In this document: in pieces, positions 26,759 to 39,562 of the stretch
Layout of the letters: the number at the start of each line of letters is the position of its first letter
Numbering within the stretch: the stretch's first letter is position 1
NCBI RefSeq assembly: GCF_964204865.1
Contig: NC_135252.1
Span: 16,182,001 to 16,246,000 of the forward strand
DNA: 64,000 nt
Direction: 5' to 3'
Source: Styela clava
Lineage: Eukaryota
Translations under genes and position numbers: made by a program
The notes under the pieces: model-generated
Told to the model about the DNA's origin: nothing
The model's input: only the letters and a program-made list of their open reading frames with translations
The model's database searches: none

Positions 26759-27451
26759 ATAAAATTTGCCACTGAACGTTTTTTTGAGTTCACAAGCATA
26801 TGGTTGTATATATTTTAATTAGCAAGGTTTAAAGCATTTTATGTCGACGTGGAATGAGTTCACAAGCATATGGTTGTATATATTTTAATTAGCAAAGTTT
26901 TCTTAAACTGCAAAGCATATGTCGACGTGGAATGAATAATTTGCTGTTTATTGATGTCTAAAATTTTTTTTTCACGAAAATATTCAAAATCGGGTTGCAG
27001 TAGTCAAGCGTACCGTTGGGAAAAACGACCGTTAGGAAAAAATATATAAACGCGAAGAATTTGTTGCTAATCATATTGAGGCGAATCTACACTCAGAAAA
27101 CGTTAAAATTAAGGAGTGTATCTGAGTATTTATTTGTCTATCATTCGTTAAATGATTCGTTTTGATAACGAAAAATTGGCTTTTGGTTTTCAAATTTTTT
27201 CATCATTTATGCTCCCCGCGTTTGATTTGATGCGCAGATCGCGACGCATTGAGAAATGTTTAACCCCAGATTGCCCCACCAATGAAAACATTGTCTGATT
27301 ACATACATGAAAGTTTTTTCTCATTGTTTTACCAAAACTGACGCCGTGTTTTTGATTTTGTAACGATGAAATGTAGGAGAACTTTTTTGAAAAATAAAGT
27401 ATATTCAGAAACTAGAAACTATAACTTAATATTACATTATGAATTTTATAG

Positions 27452-28337
27452 ATGAATTTCAAGTTTCTCGTTCTATTTCTCCTTGTTGCCTTTTTAGCAA
27501 TTCAACATGGTGATTCCTGGGGTCGGAGAAGACGCCGGGGAAAGAGACGTAGAGGATGGCATACAGCAGGGTTAATTTTATAATAATTGAATCCTTTGTT
27601 GACAGTCTATGAATTGTGCACTAATATTATCTGGTAATAAAACAAATGACTTTTATTCAGAAAAGTACTTGGCCACGTTGCTAAAGTTGGCCTTCGACTT
27701 CTTCGTTGGGATCGTGATTCTTTGGAGAAACTGGCCTACCTAAAAAGCGAGGTCATCTTTTTTTGAACCCGTTTATCTTTTATTATTTCTTTTATCGTTC
27801 TATCTTTTTTATCATTTTGTCATATAACTGTTATTTATTTGTATATAGGACAGCGACTCTTTTCAAGAATTTTTGGAGAATGCGAAGGATGAATTCAACG
27901 ACGAATTGTCGGATGACGACATGAACAAGTTGGTTTCTGCATTAAATTCAGTCTCTGGAATGAATCTAGGTAAAATGTTTTTTTAACAGACAGAAGATGA
28001 TCTGATACATCCTGTAGTTGAAAGCATTTGTTTATTTTTAATGTTTTGTTGATTTTATCGCTTTCACTATTCCTTTAGCAACAATTTAAAAAATTATATC
28101 GATATCTACAAATGCAATTGGTGCATTTCCCATGCTAATTGCCATCACGAGACAGATTTCCGATATCATATGACTAATTACTTACATATATTACTTCGTA
28201 TCAAACAATGTTCCAACCACTCGTATATAGGTTTATTCGCGTTAATTTATTTATTTTTTCCTTGTCTTTGAACAGACGAAATTGAAGAATTTGCTCAAAA
28301 TATGAAAAGCAACGATGTAGAATTAATGAAAGCTTAA
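27452..28337 (+). CDS. Cationic prepropeptide, copy G, C-terminally frameshifted, possibly a pseudogene (exons 27452-27570, 27661-27751, 27849-27969, 28276-28337)
   Basis: Core WGRRRRRGKRRRGWHTAGKVLGHVAKVGLRLLRW intact; 1-nt deletion in exon 4 gives ...SNDVELMKA* (ancestral stop at 28394-28396); 5'-UTR donor mutated (ttaagg). Confidence 0.75.
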
Positions 28338-28606
28338 AGGAAGCTACTGATCAACTCCGTGAAAAGTTACTCCTGAGAACCGCAATGATGCGATAAGTTC
28401 CGAATGCCGCTCTACTAATTCATATGACAAGATAATAAATTTTCAAGCTTTTATTCAAAATACGTCATGAATATCTACATCCGCAAAAACAACGAGGCGA
28501 CAATTCTACATATGTGTGTGCCATGTTACTTGGATCAAAAATTTATCCATATTGTTTCTGAAATCTAGCAAAAGTTATGCTTATAGTATATTTCTTTATC
28601 GAGTTA

Positions 28607-28891
28607 TTACTTATCGATTTTAATCGGTAAGTATGTTAATAGGTATTTCTGTTTGTCTGTTATATGCACGCGATATCTCACGGAAGCGAGATTGAATCTG
28701 CTCCAGATTTTGCATGTGCATTCATCTTATTCCGGACCAGAAGTCTATTGATTTTGGGCGAATTATGTCGTATAATTAGCGAGTTATTGATTAATTAGTG
28801 ATGGGACACAAGGAGGAGTAAGGGCGCTGTTTTGGGGGATCCCCTAACTTTTGATCGATAAGTCTTCGGTCTCTGACCGATATTCTCGTTT
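28607..28891 (+). mobile_element. Non-autonomous Helentron/DINE-like (HINE) element
   Basis: Inserted in a T run without TSD (empty paralogous site gagttatttaaattag); subterminal inverted repeats acttatcgat / atcgataagt; 3' hairpin tcggt-ctctg-accga; ctgt-type microsatellite. Confidence 0.75.
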
Positions 28892-29269
28892 AAATTAGTT
28901 GGAGCGTACTGCATTGCGTATGGATTCCGACAAAAAATAAAATAACTGAGCGGTATTTATCTGATAATATTTTTTTATTTAAAGGGCGTGGCATAAAAGA
29001 CATGCTTGCTTTCGCTCTGCTCACGTTTGCTGGAGATCGATAGTCGAACATCCGGTGGGTTCAAGCAGTATGCGTGCTTGTCTGCGCCCCCTAGGTTTTA
29101 AATCACCCGTGTGTTTTTATTTGAAACTCAAGACGCTGGCTGACTGAATCATTTTTATGGATCATATATTGATCAATACATATTTATTCACACATTACCT
29201 ATTTTTCAAATATTGATCATTTCAATCGAATGTTCAATAGACAATGATAAATAATGACAATTTTTTACG

Positions 29270-29373
29270 TTAATAGTAACGCTTATTCCATGGGTATTTG
29301 TACTTCTGCAGTACGCTAGACTCCATATATCCCCAGCATCTTCATCAGTGTCTATCTTATACAGCACACGTAC
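29270..29373 (-). pseudogene. Relic of GIY-YIG exon 2, downstream of copy G
   Basis: tttcag|VRVLYKIDTDEDAGD, then a 2-nt insertion, then MESSVLQKYKYPWNKRYY*. Confidence 0.8.
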
Positions 29374-31029
29374 CTGAAACATGAAATTACCAATTACATG
29401 CAGCACTATCCGACAGCAATGCTCTTCTCGATGAAAAACATAATTTAGTTTTACTTTATGAAAATTGAGAAGCATATTAGTCAATTGATACTTTGAATAG
29501 TTCATAGGCAAAAAAATTTTGTGGTCCCTGTTGTTAAATTTCATTTTCAACGTTTTTTTAACTTCATGTCGATACCTGAATTAAAGGCATATTATTTGGG
29601 ATTAAATTACAGACAAGGATGAACTAAAACTTAACTAAATAACATAATTTGACAGATTGTCAATAAATTGATTGTACAGAGAACTTGATCTCGTATCAAA
29701 CGCAACCACCTAAAAACTAAAGATTGGTGAACATTTGCGATAAGGCATCTGTTTAGTTAAAACGATTGTACTCGCTACAATCGGGCAGGGAAATCGGACT
29801 TTCTTCAATACTTTCCAAAAGTTGTAGAATATCACTAGGCATCCTTTTTTTCTGCTTTGCAATTTTCCATCAATGTGATAAACACATTTTTATTAATGAT
29901 TAGATCTTATGTAATTGACCAGGAATCTATAAACGAAAGATATAAATGCATACTTAGGTTACTATGTGTGGTAAATCATGTCTACAAAACACGAATTGCT
30001 ATTGGTGTTTATGTCGATAAAAAGTACAGACATATTGTTCCTTGTTCAGATCTATGATGTCGTCAAACATATGTTGCAGTATTGTCAGTATTATCATACG
30101 TCATAGTGAATGGTACGCCGCGAAACTGAATTTTCAATCACCTTTATGCGGGGACAGTTCCAGGTTTTTTGAAGATTAATTTGTCGTTGGATTTTACTCA
30201 ACTTCGAGAAAACTTTTCCGTAATTCCGAAAGTTGTATATGGTGATTAGGTACAAAACTTGGATCTTTTATACAACGTTTAGTAGTTTTTTTGACAAAAG
30301 ATTTGCACATTTGCATCGTTTTATTCCGACTTAAGGATCATGATTATTTACAATAACAAGTTTTATCATATTTATTTCACTTTTATGTACGCCATCTCTA
30401 CATAGATCTGTTGTTAAATAGTCCAATAGCTTCCCAATATCCCAATTGGCAATAAGAGACCAGAATTCCATTAGTCAAAGTGGAAAGATAGAGTTGTTGA
30501 TTGGAATCATTAGTTCAGATTTAACAGAATAATTATACATGAATGATAATAGAATATTATCTTATAATAAAACTAAATGGTTTCTGAATGTAGTTCTTTT
30601 ACTATTTTAATCAGCTTCTCGTCTGGATAAGAAAACTGTTGTGAATCACATTCATAACGTTGTTGTTTTGTCTTTCAGTTTCGATTCTAAAAAGCTTGAT
30701 ATCGTGACATTGGAAGACTCAAGAAAGAGAATTTACCGAAGACAAAACGTGACAAATGTATTTTGTTTCAAGTTGTGAAATATATGATTGATTTAACATG
30801 AAAGTAAATAATTTTTTACATCTTTCCATTTGTTTCGGCAGTGATGAAAAATTTCTACAATTCAAAGATATTAGATGGCAGTAAGCAGTAACAATTAGTT
30901 CAATTAGTTAGCCAACCGCTGCCATTACATTTCCTAGCACTATAGTGAAAAGTAATAGTGTCCCTACGTAATGTAAAAAGGTCTAAATAATGAGGCTTTG
31001 ACCGAATACCTAACTTGTGCCTCAGTCGG

Positions 31030-31379
31030 CCGTACCTTTAGCATCACCGGTAACCTCAAAAAACTAGCAATTTTTGAGTAGCAACGAATTGCAGAATCCG
31101 CCTTCACGCCGACGTTCGATGGCACGTCATCATGCGTGCGCAGAACGTTCGGTGACGTCATAGAAAACAAAAACAAATCTCACAGAGCTAACAGAAATAT
31201 TTGAAATAAATAAAATTAATAGTCTTCTGGAGAAAAATTTTATCTGTAACTACTGAAAATTTCATAGCCTGTGGTCCAGTAATCAATAAGAAAAGCGATT
31301 CCTTCAAAACGTGTCAATAGACTACAAGAATAAGAACGACATAACAACAAAACGATCGCTATGTCCACTACGTGTCCAA
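31030..31379 (+). mobile_element. Interspersed repeat, HINE-like; second copy at about 52640-52918
   Basis: Shared acagagctaacagaaatatttgaaataaataaaa...aacgatcg.tatgtccactacgtgtccaa with an AAC-rich tract; the 52.6-kb copy has ttggacac / gtgtccaa inverted repeats. Confidence 0.55.
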
Positions 31380-31991
31380 TTATGGTTCAAATATTTCTAC
31401 CACATTTCTGTTTTGCTGAAGGTAAGCTATCGACGATAAAATATAGAATGAAAATAAAGCACAAATAACCCCGCCAAAACATATAAAACTTTCTTCTGGC
31501 CAGCGCGCAGTAAAATATACAGTGTAGACAAAGCTTTAAAGACCGAAATTTGACGTTGAAAACAAAGTGGATAGTAAATTTAATAATAATAAATTATTAA
31601 TATTTAATAAATATCAGGGCAATAATTTTGGCACAGGTGTCAACTTTAGCACCTAGTATCACAAACACAAAATGTGGTTTCATTGACTATTTACAACCCT
31701 TGCCGTTATTTTTCCACGTGTATGCCGAGAGACTTCTTACTTGTAATTCTACATCTTAGGTTTCTACATGCCTGCCTGAAGAATAAAGTCTCTAACGTTC
31801 TATACGGAAGATATCCACGCTTATTCGAGACATTGTCGCTAATAACTTATTTAAAATATCAATGGACTATAAAGCTTCTCAATTTTGATATCACGCTTTG
31901 TTAGAAATAGAGTAAAACTAAGTTATTTTTTCATCGAGAAGAGCATTGCTGCCAGATATTGCTGCATGTAATAGGTAATTTCATGTTTTAG

Positions 31992-32090
31992 GTGCGTGTG
32001 CTGTTTTAGATAGACACTGGTGAAGATGCTGGTGATATGGAATCTAGCGTACTGCAGGAGTACAAAAACCCATGGAATATGCGTTACTAT
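31992..32090 (+). pseudogene. Relic of GIY-YIG exon 2 in the inverted unit
   Basis: VRVLF*IDTGEDAGDMESSVLQEYKNPWNMR; shares the TAG stop with the 20786-20887 relic. Confidence 0.8.
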
Positions 32091-32672
32091 TACCATAGAA
32101 AATTGTCATTATTTTTCATTGTCTATTGAACATTCGATTGAAATGATCAATATTTCAAAAATAGGTAATGTGTGAATAATATGTATTGATCAATATGATC
32201 CATAAGAATGATTCAGTCAGCCAGCTTCTTGAGTTTTCAAATGAAAACACGCGAGTGAGTTAAAACCTTGGGGGCGCAGACAAGCACGCATGTTGCTTGA
32301 TAAAGGTTCGACTGTGGATCTCCAGCAAACGTAAGCAGAGCGAATGCAAGCATGACTTTTATGCCACGTCCTTTAAATAATGAAATAATATCAGACCAAT
32401 TCCGCTCAGATATTTTATTTTTTGTCGGAATCAATCCGCAATGCAGTACGCTCCAACTAATTTAAATAACTCGATAAAGAAAAATACTATATAACTTTTG
32501 CTAGATTTTAAAAACAATATGGCTAAATTTTTGATCCAAGTAACATGGCACATACATATGTAAAATTGTCGCCTCGCTGTTTTTGCGGATGTAGATATTC
32601 CTGACGTATTTTGAATAAGAGCTTGAAAATTTATTATCTTGTTATATGAATTAGTAGCGCGGCATTCGGAAC

Positions 32673-33258
32673 TTATCGCATCATTGCGGTTCTCAGGAGT
32701 AACTTTTCACGGAGTTGATCAGTAGCTTCCTTCGGGCTTTTGTCAACTTCTACATTGTTGTATAGAGAGAAGAGATGCAAGTCTTAGGGATAAAGACTGA
32801 TCACTCTAGTATATAAAAGTTCGATTCCCACGTTATTAAATTGACACGCGTTATGGAATTTGACTCCAATCTGGATTCTTTCAGACGATAATAAGCACAC
32901 AATGTTGAATGCCGAATTGTTGTATATTATTGAAAAGATGCACGATCCAAATTCCAAATACAGATAAAATTGTAACACACTTAATTCTAAAACAGTAAGA
33001 TTACAAGTGAACCAAAAAGCACGATATTATGCGGTCCTCTCGGCAAACCGGAAACGTTACGTCATCAAATTGGTGGATACGAGAAAGGCAATACATGGAG
33101 CGAATGCATTATCGCTGTTGCGAAACATAATGTGGCCTATTTTGTGAAATGTTACATGCTATTAGTATGAAAGGGTTAAATACATTATAATCCATAGTTA
33201 CACAATGCACATTCGCTACAGTTGCTTTCCATATTCCGAGCATATTCTTCAATTTCGT
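32673..33258 (-). pseudogene. Prepropeptide copy H: exon 4 only, split by a solo LTR
   Basis: cag|(D)EIEEYARNMESN [insertion] NVEVDKSPKEATDQLREKLLLRTAMMR*; exons 1-3 absent. Confidence 0.85.
32761..33220. mobile_element. Probable solo LTR (460 bp)
   Basis: 4-bp TSD gttg on both sides; ends tatagaga...tcgctaca (degenerate TG...CA short inverted ends); interrupts exon 4 of copy H. Confidence 0.65.
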
Positions 33259-34959
33259 CTGTCGAACGAAGTATATAGTCAAGGGTATCATTTCAATACG
33301 AAATCGTTTTTCTTGACAAGTCAATACGGATAATTTTATATAGGATTGATTGGAACTTTGTAAAATAGAAAGTAATATTTTAAGAAATTAGTGATATGAT
33401 ATCGAAATTGGTTTGGTGATGGCACAAAAAAGTTTCGATGGCATTCAATGATAAGCGTTTTTAAAATTTAGCAATACAAACAGAAATGGGAAATTAAATG
33501 ATAAATGGAATAATTTAAATTAAACAAATGCTAGTTTAAACTACGAGATGTATTTGGGAACCGCTGGGTTACATCATTCCCCACATCATAAATATTACAC
33601 AAAACATGAGCCCGAATTCGCAATATATACGATGGTACGCATACTTCTGGAGCGCCTAAAATTGACCTTATCTGAGAAAGCTGAAAACTTGGTTTAATGA
33701 TTTAGTTCGTCGTAGTAAAGTTGTTGCAAAAAGCACAAGATTGGTTTCTTCTCTTAATACTTCATATAAAGTACTGTAAGAAAAGGTGAAAACTAATGAA
33801 TGGAACGACCCCTTTCTTCAGGAGTGAATTCAAATCCAACAAAGTTTCCGTTCATGCTTACGGAGATGAGGTAGTTCTAACGTTTGTTTAATCGAAATCT
33901 TTATTTTGTCTATTTAATATTCTGGAAAACAGAGTTTTATACAGCACTGAACAACACGATATGAGTAGCAGATTAAACTCATTTATAAGCTTTGTACTTT
34001 TCACCATATATAAGACTTTCGGAATTTTGAAGAAATGCTCTTGTTTCATATTGCTGTACGTTGTTTCATTAATAGGGCAAAATAATGCAACGTCACTTTG
34101 ACGGTAAGCAACTTTTGTGTGTTTATAGACATGATTTACCGCGCATAGTAGCATTCAACTATACATTCATCCTTGGGTTTATGTATTTCTGGTAATTCTA
34201 TCTATAAGAATTTCTTTTAGGCAATCAGTCCTCTTTAGGCAATCACCTCCAACATGATGATGGAAGTCCCCCTTATGGGTGTCAAGAGTTTACCGGACGT
34301 CATTCACCGGTAATGATGTGCGTCGGATGTGATTTCTAAGGCTGCATGAGGATTAATCAGTGGGTAGATCAGATTATGAATGAATTGGTAATTATATATG
34401 CTTCATAAAAATTGAGGTCAAGCTGTATGGCAAGAATGCTGGCACTTTCGCTTAGTCTGGTATACCAGAATAACAGACTTAGATAAGAAGCGATTACAGG
34501 TATTGCGACAGTCAGTTTGTTGAAATTACAATTGAAACATGAGAATGACAAAAAACGTTGGGGCGCAGACTAGCACGAAAAATGCTCTCAAAACTAGAAT
34601 GAAGATTCGACTATGGCTATGCGACAAATGAATATGTATATCAGATGCAAACATATGTTCTACGCCACGCCCTTTAAATAAATAAAATAATATCACACAA
34701 ATTCCGCTCAGTAATTTTTCTTATCGGAATCAATCCACAATGTAATACGCTCCAACTAATTCAAATACTATCATAAAGAAAAATACCATAGTATAACTAT
34801 TGCTAGATTTCAGAAACAATATGACCAAATTTTTGATCCAAGTAACATGGCACACACAAATGTAAAATTGTCGTCCCGCATTTTTCTTGTTTTCCAGTTG
34901 TAGATATTCATGACGTATTTTGAATGAGAGCTGGCAAATTTATGATCTTGTTATATGAA

Positions 34960-35845
34960 TTAGTAGAGCAGCGTTCGAAACATTGCGGTTCTGAGGAGTA
35001 ATTCCTCACGGAGTTGATCGGTAACTTGCTTTAAGCTTTCATTAACTTCTACATCGTTGTCTTTCATATTCTGAGCAAATTCTTCAATTTCGTCTGTTCA
35101 AATACAAGGTAAAATAAATCAATTAACGCGAGTAAACCTACATTCGAGTGATTGGAACTTTGTTTGATACGAAGTAATATATGTAAGTATTAGGTCATAT
35201 GATATTGGAAATCTGTGCCGTGATGGCAATTAGTATGGGAAATGCAGCAATTGCATTTGTAGATATCGATATGATTTTTTAAATTGTTGCTAAAGGAATA
35301 GTGAAAACGATAAAATTAACGAAACATTGAAAATAAACAAGTGCTAGTTTCAACTACAGGATGTATCAGAGCATCTTCTCTCTGTAAAAAAAAACATTTT
35401 ACCCAGATTCATTCCAGAGACTGAATTTAATGCAGAAACCAATTTGTTCATGTCGTCATCCGACAATTCATCTTTGAATTCATTCTTCGCATTCTCCAAA
35501 AATTCTTGAAAAGAGTCGCTGTCCTATATACAAATAAATAACAGTTATATGACAAAATGATAAAAAATGATAGAACGATAAAAGTAATAATAATAAAAGA
35601 TAAACGAGTTCGAAAAAAGATAACCTCGGTTTTCAGGTAGGCCAGTTTCTCCAAAGAATCACGATCCCATCGAAGAAGTCGAAGACCGACTTTAGCAACG
35701 TGGCCAAGTACTTTTCTGAATAAAAGTCATTTTGTTTTATTACCAGCCAATATTAGTGCACAATTCATAGACTGTCAACAAGGGGTTCAATTACTTTAAA
35801 ATTTACCCTGCTGTATGCCATCCTCTACGTTTCTTTCCCCGGCGT
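34960..35845 (-). pseudogene. Inverted prepropeptide copy I lacking start codon and signal peptide
   Basis: Exons 2-4 open (KVLGHVAKVGLRLLRW...; ends RTAMFRTLLY* after loss of the normal stop); a deletion joins intron sequence (ctataacta) to acgccggggaaag, removing acceptor, ATG and signal peptide. Confidence 0.88.
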
Positions 35846-35969
35846 TAGTTATAGATTCTAGTTTCTGGATATACTTTATTTTTACTTTATACTTTATTTT
35901 TACGAACTACATTCAAAACGTATGTTAGCATACAAGCCCAATACTGTTGTGCATTCGACTTTCAATTAT

Positions 35970-35979
35970 GGGAATTTCC
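35970..35979 (+). promoter_or_regulatory. NF-kB consensus site upstream of copy J
   Basis: GGGAATTTCC about 220 nt upstream of the TATA box at 36196-36203. Confidence 0.5.
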
Positions 35980-36659
35980 ATAAAATTTGCCACTAAAGGT
36001 ATTTTTGAGTTCACAAGCAAATGGTTATATATATTTTAATTAGCAAAGTTTCCTTAAACTGTAAAGCATTTGTCGACGTGGAATGAATAATTTGTTGTTT
36101 CTAGATGCCTAGAAATTTTTTTTGTTATAAAACTATTCAAAATCGTGTTGCAGTACTCAAGTGTGCTGTTGGGGAAAACGCCCATTAGGAAAACGTATAT
36201 AAACGCGAAGAATTTGTTGAGAATCACGTTGAGTCGTATCTACACTCAGAAGACATTAAAGGTAAGGAGTGGATCTAAGTATTTATTTGTCCATCATTTG
36301 TTAAACGATTCGTCTTGATAATGAAAATTGGCTTTTGGTTTTCAATTTTTTTCAGCATTTATGCTCCCCGCGTTCGATTTGATGCGCAGATCGCGACGCA
36401 TTGAGAAATGTTCAACCCCAGATTGCCCCACCAATGAAAACATTATCTGATTACATACATGAAAGTTTGTTGCTCGTTTTACCAAAACTGACGCTGTGTT
36501 TATTACTTTTAACGCTGGAATGTTTTCCTTCAAGTTGATACCCCCGCACTATATTTGCACTACAGAAAGAATTGAAGAACGTAGAAGAATACGTTATAGA
36601 AATAAAGTATATTCAGAAACTAGAAACTATAACGTATAATTATATTATAAATTTTATAG

Positions 36660-37601
36660 ATGAATTTCAAGTTTCTCGTTCTATTGCTCCTTGTTGCTTT
36701 GTTAGCAATTCAACATGGTGATTCCTGGGGTCGGAGACGACGCCGGGGAAAGAAACGTAGAGGATGGCATACAGCAGGGTAAATTTAATAGTAATTGAAT
36801 CCCTTGTTGACAGTCTATGATTTGTGCAGTAATATTGGCTGGTAACAAAACAAAATGACTTTTATTTAGAAAAGCACTTGGCCACGTTGCTAAAGTTGGT
36901 CTTCGACTTCTTCGGTGGGATCGTAATTCTTTGGAGAAATTGGCCTACCTGAAAAGCGAGGTTATCTTTTTTTGAACTCGTTTACTATTTATTATTTATT
37001 TTATCGTTCTATCATTTTTTATCATTTTGTCATATTACCGTTATTTATCTGTATATAGGACAGCGACTCTTTTCAAGAATTTTTGGAGAATGCGAAGGAT
37101 GAATTCAAAGACGAATTGTCGCATGACGACATGAACAAATTGTTTTCTGCATTAAATTCAGTCTCTGGAATGAATCTGGGTAAATTTTTTTTTTTAACAG
37201 AGAGAAGATGCATCCTGTAGTTGAAACCAGCACTTGTTTATTTTCAATGTTTCGTTGATTTTATCGCTTCCGCCATTCCTTCAGCAACAATTTAAAAATT
37301 ATATCGATATCTATTGATGCATCCGGTGCATTTTTCATACTAATTGCCATCACAAGAGAAATTTCCAATATCATATGACTTATTACTTACATATATTACT
37401 TCGTATTAAACAAAGTTCCAACCACTCGTATATAGGTTTATTCGCGTTAATTTATTTATCTTCCCTTGTTTTTGAACAGACGAAATTGAAGAATTTGCTC
37501 AGAATATGAAAAGCAACGATTCAGAAGTTGACGAAAGCCTAAAAAAGGCTACTAATCAACTCCGTGAGGAGTTACTCCTGGGAACCGCATTGATGCGATA
37601 A
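36660..37601 (+). CDS. Cationic prepropeptide, copy J (150 aa; exons 36660-36778, 36870-36960, 37059-37179, 37480-37601)
   Basis: Core WGRRRRRGKKRRGWHTAGKALGHVAKVGLRLLRW; intact TATA, UTR-exon donor (36262) and splice sites; ends GTALMR*. Confidence 0.9.
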
Positions 37602-38732
37602 GTTCCGAATGCCGCTCTACTAATTCATATTACAAGATAATAAATTTGCCAGCTCTCATTCAAAATACGTCATGAATATCTACATCTGGAAAATAGGAAA
37701 AATGCGAGACGACAATATACATATGTGTGTGCCATGTTACTTGGATCAAACATTTGGCCATATTGTTTCTGAAATCTAGCAATAGTTATGCTATAGTATT
37801 TTGCTTTATCCAATTATTCAAATTAGTTGGAGCGTATTACATTGCAGATTGATTCCGATAAGTAATAAAATTATTGAGCTGAATTGTCTGATAATATTTT
37901 AATTATTTAAAGGGCGTGGCATAGAACATATATGCTTGCATATGCGCCCCAAGGTTTTTCGCATTCTCGTGTTTCATTTGGAATTTCAACGAAGCCGCAA
38001 TACCTGTAATCACCTTTTATCTGAGTTTGTTATTCTGGTATACCAGACTAAGCAAAAGTGCCAGCATTCTTGCCATACAGCTTGACCTCAATTTTTATGA
38101 AGCATATAATATTACCAATTCATTCATAATCTGATTTACCCACTGATTTATCCTCATGAAGCCTTAGCAATCACATCCGGCGCACATCATAACCGGTAAG
38201 ACAATATTATGCTCGAATACGCCTTCAGAAAAAACGACAATTCAGGTAATATAGCAGAAGTTACTTATCATATGGACTCATTTGAGACAAAATTCTGATT
38301 TGTACCTAATGCGTTTGCTGTGTAATAAAACGTTTAGTAATGAAGCGATAATACCGTCCAGACTTGAAAGCAAATTTATCTGGAGAAAGCAGTTAGTTTA
38401 TCATGTGTATCAATCAGTTCCTATTCAAGAATTACACGATGACATGGAGGTTCGTTTCAACGATGTAATTCAATCGTAGGTTCAGCAGTGGGAAAAAAGT
38501 TGTTTCTGACTTAAATGAAGCCGAATATATATAAGGTGTCTTATCAAACAATCTAATCCTAATTCTCATAAACATATTATTACACTAGAAATTCATTTTT
38601 CAAGTTAGACCCGGTCTCAAAATAAATTTTATGGCTCACATTAGTCTGTAGATTTAATACATATTTATTCACTTATTTTTCAAATCGCTCAAATTTCCAA
38701 CAGACAATAAAAAATAAAGACAATTCACTGCG

Positions 38733-39562
38733 TTAAGAACGCCTATTCCACGGGTATTTATACTTCTTCAGCACTTCCTTCTCCATTTCCCCAGCATCTT
38801 CACCAGTGTATTTCTTCAACAGTACACGTACCTGAAACATGACTTTACCCTATTACAATGCAAACATCCATAGCTGGAACGACCGTGTTTTGGATACGCG
38901 ATTGTAATATGATTTCAGTTAGAAACGTTAGAATCGATGTAAAATTGCAGAAACGAATTTACTTGGAATGGAAAAATAACTATAAGGGCTGTAAACAATC
39001 ACCGGAACCACATGCTCCATTCAGGTTGAAATCAGAATTGACGCCGGATCACATTTCATCTGCTCCAGAAATAAGGGTAACAGACGTAGCGAAGGTTTTA
39101 AAGGATCGTATGCACAAATACAATATTTCTTTTTATGCGGAAAATAGTGAACCAACTTACTTCGACAAATTCTCAGAAAAAAAAAATTTGAAAGATTACC
39201 TGCAATGCTTGACCCTCTTCTAAGACTTTGTCGATTTTCGTAGCAAGATGGGATCCGTCTGTACAATATTGATCTACTCGATCCAGTACGGAACAATTTG
39301 AGCTTGATTCCGATTTCCCAACATACACAACTTCTCTTGTTTCCCTAATTCTCCATTCATAAATTCCATCGTCCCCAGCAAAAAGATCCAATTTTTCCAT
39401 ATCGCTTCTTCTCAGACGATATCCATCACCATTCCTTTCTTCGTACGAGCCATTTTTGTCCTTTCGAATGCTTGGCTTCATAACAGTAACGAATCCAGAC
39501 CACTTTCCTCGCCATTTTTTGAATAGATCTCGATCATCTGCGTCCTCTCTCTTGGTTCTCAT
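38733..39562 (-). CDS. Stand-alone GIY-YIG nuclease-like protein (153 aa; exons 39562-39200 and 38831-38733)
   Basis: Exon 1 ...DGIYEWRIRETREVVYVGKSESSSNCSVLDRVDQYCTDGSHLATKIDKVLEEGQALQ|gtaatc; tttcag|VRVLLKKYTGEDAGEMEKEVLKKYKYPWNRRS*. GIY/YVG motif, helix Arg, candidate metal-binding Glu and terminal Asn occur in canonical order; phase-0 intron. Confidence 0.85.

Larger units (their letters stand above)
30600..33550 (-). repeat. Inverted copy of the cluster unit (upstream spacer, GIY-YIG relic, 3' end of peptide gene)
   Basis: Reverse-complement match to about 20350-22560 and to the intron 3 / exon 4 / 3' flank of copies C and G. Confidence 0.85.

Noticed and set aside
38858-39223. 121-aa plus-strand ORF
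   Set aside because: Antisense to the GIY-YIG intron; no motif and not conserved in paralogous introns.
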